Of a DNA stretch of 64,000 nucleotides, positions 57,201-64,000 are shown in pieces. A program made the position numbers and the translations under genes. The DNA lies in the IMG/VR virus record IMGVR_UViG_2671180615_000003, positions 1-64,000 of that record; one strand, written 5' to 3'. Every line of letters starts with the position of its first letter. The first letter of the stretch is position 1. The stretch comes from a virus (taxonomy: Duplodnaviria > Caudoviricetes). The notes beneath the pieces are model-generated. The model was not told the origin of the DNA. It made no database searches and worked only from the letters and a program-made list of their open reading frames with translations.

Positions 57201-60200
57201 AGCTGACGCATAGTACATATCCCCAGCATTTGCTTTGACTGGTTGACCAAAATATGTATCTCGCAATGTCAGTTTTAAAGCTTTTGCAGACGGCGGATTG
57301 CTAGCCGCCGTAGATGCATCAACAATTACACCAGCAGACCAAAGATTTTGAGAATCTGAAAAACTAGGGTTACGCACAAGATTCGACAAATCATTATTAG
57401 CAAGCGTGTTATTTAGGCTTGTAATTGAATTGCCTTGGCTTGTGATGCTCCCTTCAGCTGTTGTTACTCGGTTCGAAAGGTTATTTACAGCGGATGCATC
57501 TGCCTTATTTGTAAGCGTTCCGTTGATTGAGGTAACACTGTTTTTCAAGTTGGTAATGTCAGTACCTTGACTTGTAATAGTGCTGCCTTGTTGGTTGACA
57601 GTAGATGTTAAAGAGCTAAGAGCCGCAGAGGTCGCAAAACTGCTATCAGCATCCGCAGTCGTTAAAACTGGTGAAACTTTATAGCCTTGAACTTCCCACC
57701 AGCCACTTGTCCCCGTATGGCCAACTGCGATTCCGAAACGCATCTGTTGAATAGTTGTATTGGACGTTAAATTGCAAATAACAGATACGAAATACCAGTT
57801 ACCATCCTTTGCAGGCACCATAGCTACAGGAACACTTAGTGCTGTATATCGTGCAGTAGTCCATACACCATCTGCATATCCATACATCACAGGAACGCTT
57901 AACGAGCCATTAGAGTCAGAAGAACAACGAACCCAGAATGAAATGCGATAAGTGCGATCATTAGGAACTGCGCTTAAGCTATAGTTAAAACAATTCACTG
58001 GAACCGTAGTATCTTTACGGAAAACAGTATTCCCCACTTTCCCCGTTGTGGTCGTTTTGAAGTACTGCTTCATGTCATAGCCGTAATGACTAATCCACTT
58101 TTCAGGGTTTGCTAAATTGTAATCAGGAATTAACGAATCACTATCAAATGAATTAATCGAGTTTGTTAGTGAAATGATTGAGTTACTTTGGTTAGTTAAT
58201 CCACCCTCAGCAGCCGTCATTCTGGTTGAAAGACCGCTCAAAGCAGAATTCGTTGCTGAAATATTTCCTTCGGCCGTACTCATGCGCGAGCCAAGCGACG
58301 TAATTGAATTTGTCGCTGTGGCCAAACGCCCATCTACTTCTGTTACCTTGGTATCAAGTGTAGTTAAGGCAGTTGCATTCGCTTGGTTGCCCGCAATAGC
58401 TTCTGCGTCTTCAAGAATTAAATAATCAAGCTCAACTGTGCCCGCAACGTTTGGATAGTTTGCGAGGAACATTGGCGTAATGAAGCCAGTCATTTGCGAA
58501 ACTGTACGTGGACTTGCTTGGGAACCTAAACCAGTTGCAGCGCCTGTTGAACGCCCTTTGAAGTACCCGACGATCTCTTGCCATTCATCAATAGCAGGCG
58601 CATGAGCATTTACAACATAGTTTGATGAACTCATGTTGGCCGCTTGAGTATTGCCAGTAGTTACATACCAAGCTTTATCAGGCGTTTTTTGTGCAATCCC
58701 TAGGTAAATTGTGCCAGTACCAGCACGGCGACGATAACGAGCACGGATACGATAAGTTTTAGTTTGATCAAAAGGAATTAGATTATTTGCATGCAACCAA
58801 ATAGTATCGTTGCCAGCATTGTTACCGAGCTGAATTACTTTACCGCTTTGCCCTGTTGCTTCTGCGATAACGTTAAACTCACCTGAAGCTGCATAAGTTG
58901 TCCAATCTGTAATTGGACTACCTGCATTCATGCTAATAGCAGAGGTTGCACTGGCTAGTGCTGAATTAAGTGACGTAATAGCATTGGTATTTGAAGTTAC
59001 TTTGCCATCGACATTTGTCACTTTTGTATCAAGCGTTTGAAGTGCTGACGCATCAGCTTTAGTCGATAACGCTCCTTCTGTCGAAGTCATTCGACTTTCA
59101 AGACTAGTTACACGTCCCGCAGTTGCGCTGTTTTGATTAGTTGCTGTGTTGAATAAATCCGTCGCTTTGGCTTGCGTCGAAATAATCATTCCACTTGGGT
59201 CGGAACCTGCAATCCAAGTTGATGGGGTCGTATTTGTTCCAACTTGGCGCTCAAGCATCATTCGCTCAATGTTGATGACTTGGCCAGCCGCTTTACCTGT
59301 TGGGTTCCCAACTAACAACATACATACAGCAGCGCCACCAGCAGGCACAGTAAATACCGCACTGAAACGGGTTAAAGTTGCAGTGATATTGAATGTCGGC
59401 TTGTTAGTTGAATCAGCTTGATACATTACCCACTGAATTGGATGCGGTGGAGTACCGCCAACGGTTTTAGCTGCAAAGCTAAAAATGTACTTGCCTTCAG
59501 TCAGCCATTGGCGAGGAACTTGACCACCACCAATATTGAAGTAAGTGCCATTGCCTGATGAAGCAGGCATTGTGAATTGGAACGCACGGGCATTGACGGT
59601 ATCTGGCGATTGAATAATTTCAAACGGCAAGCCTGATACCCAGTTAGTTGGTTTTTCAACCGGATTTGAGATTTCTGGGCCTAAAAGGTTTACACCTTGG
59701 TTCGGCAGGCCATTGAAGCTGCTTTGTAAAGCTGTAAGCGCCGATGTATTGGAAGTAACTTTTCCATCAATCGTCGTAACTTTAGAATCTAGAGACTGTA
59801 GAGCGCTAGATTCAGCTTTATTGGCAAGAGAACCATTAATGCTTGTGATGCTGTTGTTTAAAGTGGTAATCGAATTACTGTGAGAAGTAATCGTATTGCC
59901 CTGTTGTGTAACAGTGTTAGTCAAGTTTGAGATAGCAGAAGCGTTGGCAGCAATAGAATCGCTATATGCTTTAGGAATTGTGTCGTTTACCGCAGTGACG
60001 TCAAATACTTCATAAGATGCAAGAATTGCATCTACAGGATTTGCTGTAGAAGGCACAGGCGGATTTGTTCCATTAACTACGCGGTTATGACCTTGAATGG
60101 TATTGGCTACATCAGGGCCACCTTGAATAACTGTGTAATAAGTTTCAAATTTGCCTGTTCCTAAATCATTGCCTAGGATTTTAATGTAGCCGCCCGCGCC

Positions 60201-63200
60201 AGTAGGGTTCCCAACTGCAAGTAACTTTGCACCTACAGGCATCTTGATAATTTGTTTAATCAAGAAGGTTTTATTTGGAGTAAGAATGAGAGTTGGTACT
60301 GTTGGATACCATCCCCCGCCTAGAGCTTGTGTAGCTCTAATGAGCATTTCACTTGTCGAGTCTGTAGGGTTGTCTGCCGATTTGGCTTGCTTGACCCAAG
60401 ATGTCCCTGCCGGGAAGTTATAAGCTGAAAGTCCACCCGAAGAGGTTGTCTTAAATGTAGGGTCGTCTCTTAAAGGTTTGCCAAGCGATAGAAGTCGAGC
60501 TAAAGCATTAACATCATTTAATGTGTTATTGGTCGTCGTGAGGCTATTGTTCAAAGTGGTAATCTGTCCACTTTGACTTGTAAGGCTTCCCTCTGCTGCC
60601 TCAACTCTACTTGTTAAATTATTAACGGCGCTAGATTCAGCTTTATTGGCCAAAGTGCCGTTAATTGAAGTAACGTTATTTTGAAGGGAAGCAATTGAAT
60701 CACTCTGATTGGTGATTTTGCCCTCAGCGGTTGTCATGCGAGTCGAAAGACCACTTACGGCGTTATTAGTGCCAGTGATATTCCCCTCAGCAGTCGTCAT
60801 TCGAGAACCTAATGAGGTAATCGAATCAGTAGCTGTAGTTAAACGTCCATCGATGTTGTTGACTTGAGTTTGCGTTGTTTGAATTGCAGTAGCGTTGGCA
60901 TCGATTAAAGCTTTGGTGTCACGAGGGCTAGGACTCCAAGCAGTCGCTTTTGTGCCAGCTTCGATTTGCAATTTACGAATCGTAGGAATACGACCAGTAC
61001 CGTAAGTTCCATAAAACTCAATTGTGGAAACAGTAGTACTTGCTGTGTGAGTTCTTGGATTTACGGTAACGCTATACTTAATCCATTGGTTTGCAATAAC
61101 GGCATTCACATTGATTGAGAATGTGTGAGCAGAATTGTTAGAAGCATAAACCTGAACAGCGCCGACAACGGGCACACTCATCTCGAAAGAGATAGTGATT
61201 GGCTTATCAAGATTCTCGTCGTAGAAAGCTTTTAACTCCGCGCTACGTTCGTAGAGCAAATATTCTTTGTTTGTCGCGGCGGTTGAAGTGCGTGGAGCTT
61301 CTGAGTTTGCAACGGCGTTTACACCACCAATCGTCAACTGACTATTAAAAGTATCGATAGCGCCCGAAGTTGCTGAATCCGCTTCTGTTTTGGTGTAGTA
61401 GTTACTTAATGCAGATGCATCAGCTTTCGTTGAAAGTCCACTCTCTACTGTGGTAACACGCCCTTGAAGAGCAGTAACAGCATTGGTATTGGTTGTAACG
61501 CGACCATCAATGCTCGTCACTTTTGTATCAAGTGAGGTTAAAGCAGATGTGTCAGCTTTTTTAGAAACGTTGCTGTTTGTGGTGGTTAGATCATTACGCA
61601 ATGAGGTAATTGAATTACCTTGGCTTGTAAGGGTGCCTTCTGCATTGGTAACGCGTGTAGTGAGGTTGCTAACGGCTGTTGCGCTTGCATCTAATGATGC
61701 GTAAATGCCATTAAGGTCGGCCGAACCCGCTACCCATGGTGATCCATCCTTATTGTCTCCCACATACTCTTCGATCATTAACTTATCCATAGTTAAGATC
61801 GCGCCAGCAGGCGTCATCGCAGCAGATGAAGCGCCGCCCGTATACAGCAGAATCGAAGCAGTTACCCCATCCGCATGAATTGGGGAAGATAGGTATAAAG
61901 TATATTTAACTAAGTCATTCGTGAATAAAACATTCTGCGTTTGGGTTGACGTCCATAACAACGTGACAACTTGAACATTTGCACCGCTTTGGTTAAATAC
62001 GCGCAATGCAAAACGGCCAATAAATCCAGCTACATCTGCTTTAGCGTAGAAGCTAAATAACAGTTTAGATCCACCGCGTACCGCTACAGGGGCTTGTCTC
62101 CCATCGCTATAGTTGCCGATGTAAACGTAGTTGCTGATATTGGCAGTTAGGTTTTTAAAGTTATAAGCTTTTCCTGTTCTTAACGTCGAGTCAGCTAAGC
62201 TAACTTCAACACCTGACTTAGTTGCTGTATATGGCACAACTTGAGGGTCAGAGAAAGGAGCAATAAGAAGGTTAGACCCTTTGCCTGCACTAAGTTCCGA
62301 CTTAAGCGAAGTAATCGCGCCCGCATTACTTGTTACTCTTCCATCAATGCTAGTGACTTTTGAATCAAGAGTATTTAAAGCGCTTGAATCGGCTTTTGTA
62401 GAAAGGGCGTTATTTGTTGCGACCAAATCATTTTTAATCGAAACAATGGCCGAGCCTTGAGCTGTGATTTGTCCTTCCGCCGTCGTAACACGGTTCGTTA
62501 AGGAATTTAAAGCTGTAGCGTCTGCTTTGTCTGAAAGCGTTCCATTAATTGAGTTAACGCTGTTATTCAATTGTGTAATCGAATTGCCTTGGCTAGTGAT
62601 TACTCCTTCTGCATTCGATACGCGATTTGTCAACGCGTTTAAAGCAGTGGCATCGGCTTTATTAGTCAGGGTGCCATTGATTGTAGTGATGCTGTTATTT
62701 AGCTGAGTAATTGAATTGCCCTGACTTGTAATAACTCCTTCATCGTTTGTTACGCGAGTTGTCAAGGTACTGATGGCAGAGGCATTAGCATCAAGTGCTG
62801 ATTTAATAGCACCTAAATCTGCTGGTCCTGCTGTCCAAGTTGAAGCGGGTTTGTCGTCGCCGATGTACTCTTCTAGCATCAGCATATCAATGAGGATACG
62901 TGAGCCTACAACGTTGTACGTGCCGTTTCCTGTACAAATAAAACTAAATGCAAAAGCGTCAGCAGGCGCAGTTACCGCTTTAAAAGAAATCGTTCCGCCG
63001 TCATTTGTTGGCGTAACTCTTAAATTGCCAGTTGCTTGATTTTGCAGAGTAGCCTGGGCCGTTGAGACAGTGTCGTCTGCTGCGCGTCTAAACCAAAGCA
63101 AAGAAATGTAAACATCCGCTTGCTTTGCCGCATCAAGATTTTTGAAATAAGCGCTAAGCATATAGCGCTTACCGCCAGTAATTGATCCTGCTGCCGTTGT

Positions 63201-64000
63201 ATTTACGGTGCTTGTAGAGGCTGAGCCAAAATAGATATTTCCTGCTGCTGCCGTAAATGTGACATCGTAAGCTTTGCCTTTTACGCGCATTAATGAATTC
63301 ACTAATGCGACTGTTCTGGAAGCACCAAGAATATTTACAGATAGCTCTTGTGGATCAGAATAAGGCGCAACGATATTGTTAATGCCTTTGCCCGTACTCA
63401 ACTCTGATTTTAGGGATGTTACTGCCGAAGCCGTTGCTGCTGCGTTGGTCACTGCCGTATTAGCAGTCTGCTGAGCCGTTGCAGCCGAATTGATGGCGTC
63501 TGCCGTTTTGCCTTCATTGGTTGTTAATCGAGAATCAAGCGAACTAATTCTTGAGGTATTTGCGCTTGTATTAGTGGCGTTAGTAGTAATTTGCGTTTGC
63601 AAACTAGCTAACGAGTTATTGGTGCTTGATTTATAAGTCTCGATATTACTTAACAGCGCCACATCTTCTGACTTACGTTGTGTCGTTTCAGTAGTGAGGC
63701 CGTCTTTCATTTGAGAAATTGCAGTTGTACGGGCGCTTGTTTCGTCTGCAATCTTTTGATTTAGCTGATTTGTGGAAGTGGTTAAGTCGGAAGCCACTTT
63801 TGATGCAGCCGTTACTGCATCATTAGCCGCAGTTTGTGCATTAGTAGCGGTTGTCTGAGCATTTGTTGCAGCAGTATTTGCCGCAGTAGCCGCCGAAGTT
63901 GCGCTTTGAGCCAAAGTTTGTGCGTTATCTGCCGCAGTTTTTGCATTTGTCGCTATACTATTTGCAGTTAAGGCTGTGCTTGCGGCTTGATCTGCGGCAT
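54210..64000 (-). CDS. Giant tail fibre / host-specificity protein (5' end outside the window)
   Basis: Frame is open to the window edge; coiled-coil repeats alternate with beta domains; J-like C-terminus (DFIIQANRFAI...LRVKLGLW). Confidence 0.9.
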   Translation of the reverse strand, partial: AADQAASTALTANSIATNAKTAADNAQTLAQSATSAATAANTAATNAQTTATNAQTAANDAVTAASKVASDLTTSTNQLNQKIADETSARTTAISQMKDGLTTETTQRKSEDVALLSNIETYKSSTNNSLASLQTQITTNATNTSANTSRISSLDSRLTTNEGKTADAINSAATAQQTANTAVTNAAATASAVTSLKSELSTGKGINNIVAPYSDPQELSVNILGASRTVALVNSLMRVKGKAYDVTFTAAAGNIYFGSASTSTVNTTAAGSITGGKRYMLSAYFKNLDAAKQADVYISLLWFRRAADDTVSTAQATLQNQATGNLRVTPTNDGGTISFKAVTAPADAFAFSFICTGNGTYNVVGSRILIDMLMLEEYIGDDKPASTWTAGPADLGAIKSALDANASAISTLTTRVTNDEGVITSQGNSITQLNNSITTINGTLTNKADATALNALTNRVSNAEGVITSQGNSITQLNNSVNSINGTLSDKADATALNSLTNRVTTAEGQITAQGSAIVSIKNDLVATNNALSTKADSSALNTLDSKVTSIDGRVTSNAGAITSLKSELSAGKGSNLLIAPFSDPQVVPYTATKSGVEVSLADSTLRTGKAYNFKNLTANISNYVYIGNYSDGRQAPVAVRGGSKLLFSFYAKADVAGFIGRFALRVFNQSGANVQVVTLLWTSTQTQNVLFTNDLVKYTLYLSSPIHADGVTASILLYTGGASSAAMTPAGAILTMDKLMIEEYVGDNKDGSPWVAGSADLNGIYASLDASATAVSNLTTRVTNAEGTLTSQGNSITSLRNDLTTTNSNVSKKADTSALTSLDTKVTSIDGRVTTNTNAVTALQGRVTTVESGLSTKADASALSNYYTKTEADSATSGAIDTFNSQLTIGGVNAVANSEAPRTSTAATNKEYLLYERSAELKAFYDENLDKPITISFEMSVPVVGAVQVYASNNSAHTFSINVNAVIANQWIKYSVTVNPRTHTASTTVSTIEFYGTYGTGRIPTIRKLQIEAGTKATAWSPSPRDTKALIDANATAIQTTQTQVNNIDGRLTTATDSITSLGSRMTTAEGNITGTNNAVSGLSTRMTTAEGKITNQSDSIASLQNNVTSINGTLANKAESSAVNNLTSRVEAAEGSLTSQSGQITTLNNSLTTTNNTLNDVNALARLLSLGKPLRDDPTFKTTSSGGLSAYNFPAGTSWVKQAKSADNPTDSTSEMLIRATQALGGGWYPTVPTLILTPNKTFLIKQIIKMPVGAKLLAVGNPTGAGGYIKILGNDLGTGKFETYYTVIQGGPDVANTIQGHNRVVNGTNPPVPSTANPVDAILASYEVFDVTAVNDTIPKAYSDSIAANASAISNLTNTVTQQGNTITSHSNSITTLNNSITSINGSLANKAESSALQSLDSKVTTIDGKVTSNTSALTALQSSFNGLPNQGVNLLGPEISNPVEKPTNWVSGLPFEIIQSPDTVNARAFQFTMPASSGNGTYFNIGGGQVPRQWLTEGKYIFSFAAKTVGGTPPHPIQWVMYQADSTNKPTFNITATLTRFSAVFTVPAGGAAVCMLLVGNPTGKAAGQVINIERMMLERQVGTNTTPSTWIAGSDPSGMIISTQAKATDLFNTATNQNSATAGRVTSLESRMTSTEGALSTKADASALQTLDTKVTNVDGKVTSNTNAITSLNSALASATSAISMNAGSPITDWTTYAASGEFNVIAEATGQSGKVIQLGNNAGNDTIWLHANNLIPFDQTKTYRIRARYRRRAGTGTIYLGIAQKTPDKAWYVTTGNTQAANMSSSNYVVNAHAPAIDEWQEIVGYFKGRSTGAATGLGSQASPRTVSQMTGFITPMFLANYPNVAGTVELDYLILEDAEAIAGNQANATALTTLDTKVTEVDGRLATATNSITSLGSRMSTAEGNISATNSALSGLSTRMTAAEGGLTNQSNSIISLTNSINSFDSDSLIPDYNLANPEKWISHYGYDMKQYFKTTTTGKVGNTVFRKDTTVPVNCFNYSLSAVPNDRTYRISFWVRCSSDSNGSLSVPVMYGYADGVWTTARYTALSVPVAMVPAKDGNWYFVSVICNLTSNTTIQQMRFGIAVGHTGTSGWWEVQGYKVSPVLTTADADSSFATSAALSSLTSTVNQQGSTITSQGTDITNLKNSVTSINGTLTNKADASAVNNLSNRVTTAEGSITSQGNSITSLNNTLANNDLSNLVRNPSFSDSQNLWSAGVIVDASTAASNPPSAKALKLTLRDTYFGQPVKANAGDMYYASAWFATPNTSANTTAVLGFHIIDANGVHSWFAVAAKGSDRNNWGFAEGYFTIPSGATVLIRPWLQVSAAAADAAAQLWHVTDIQVRNITGNKKLASDLQATSSALSTLDSKVTNIDGRVTSASNNIVTLNNSVTNINTALSQKADASALSSLSNRVTTAEGNISSQGGSITSLTNNLAVTTNTANAALPKIQGGTGAAKLFRGVLVFQQNGANVVGNIVIQTPITFTSKMFRLALTGYNYLAGKTDINLNIGGYAYTGTSIIQHGVVNSGTLPMRVRMGVRNGTVVVILTSQAPNAYWQYPKFNIDAEIGYTTPPDDWINGWSASLIAEADLASSGISAIVEPSLLDVSTQITANASAISNLTNTVTQQGDTITSHSNSITTLNNSITSINGALNTKASTSAVTDLDSRVTTAEGKITANTSSITSLTANLKNVANGITMSASLDVDPDSEWNYWAKNGEVARADDTSALGGKVYRFGNNAGNDHVNARSKAKLPFDQTKTYRIRARYRRLSGTGTIYCAVCCLAADGTSHVNLNNTVSTDFGSSNYFVINQSPTNNVWQEVTVYVKGRAAGAAAGSWTLAAPRQMPNATAFLSVQFLANYSNAAGMTELDYIIIEDADAIAANDATANALSSLDTRVTTAEGKITSQGSSITSLNNSITTINGTLSSKADSSALTNLANRVTVTEGSITSQGSSITSLNSTVNGLLKDIEVTDTRSTNQPPSWYWTNYPKRIVREFKQASTIGLTGMGTYVSLETYVYYSDATGGAIIQIARGSDSKLTAERRSASTSTWGAWSQDIKTLSDGLANKAEASALSTLDAKVSTIDGKVSTQATSITNLTTTVGGHTSSIQSQQESIDGLKARATLKLQSGNLVGGVGIENDSKTVDFIIQANRFAIGAPSTVTGTITPKYAFTYQSTSTTLPNGTVIPAGLYLDNASIGYINAEKINASSLSALSATLGTLTTYKDPSKPNGARMVLTGSLITVYDENNVLRVKLGLW

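Larger units (their letters stand above)
51548..64000 (-). mobile_element. Prophage 2 (partial: lysis cassette and tail end)
   Basis: Second endolysin/holin set and tail genes start immediately after the att core. Confidence 0.88.

Noticed and set aside
55891-63039. Plus-strand ORFs inside the giant tail fibre gene
   Set aside because: Antisense shadows of a repetitive Ala/Thr/Ser-rich gene, with no RBS or motifs.

Overview
The window holds two prophages in tandem, in the same orientation, from an Acinetobacter-type genome. The host is inferred from protein style and a UmuDAb-type SOS box. Prophage 1 (left edge to ~51547) is a near-complete lambdoid siphovirus. From right to left it has int/xis, a recombination module, the cI/cro/cII switch, a replication initiator with iterons, a cytosine MTase, a Q-like antiterminator, packaging, head and tail genes, a lysis cassette, and a terminal SRAP-umuDC cargo region. 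A tRNA 3'-end fragment at 51532-51547, flanked by IHF-like boxes, marks the junction to prophage 2. Only the lysis genes and a 5'-truncated tail fibre/tip gene of more than 3200 aa are visible for prophage 2. The best candidate for an undescribed system is a two-gene moron in the tail-chaperone/tape-measure slot that couples an OLD-like ABC-ATPase-TOPRIM protein to a Dam-family adenine methyltransferase. Other leads are a secreted protein with a symmetric 14-aa repeat beta-hairpin, an Acb2/Tad1-like miniprotein, an overprinted ORF inside the cytosine MTase, and a dispersed family of 'LFNDW' membrane morons. All family assignments come from motif recognition by eye; no database searches were run.
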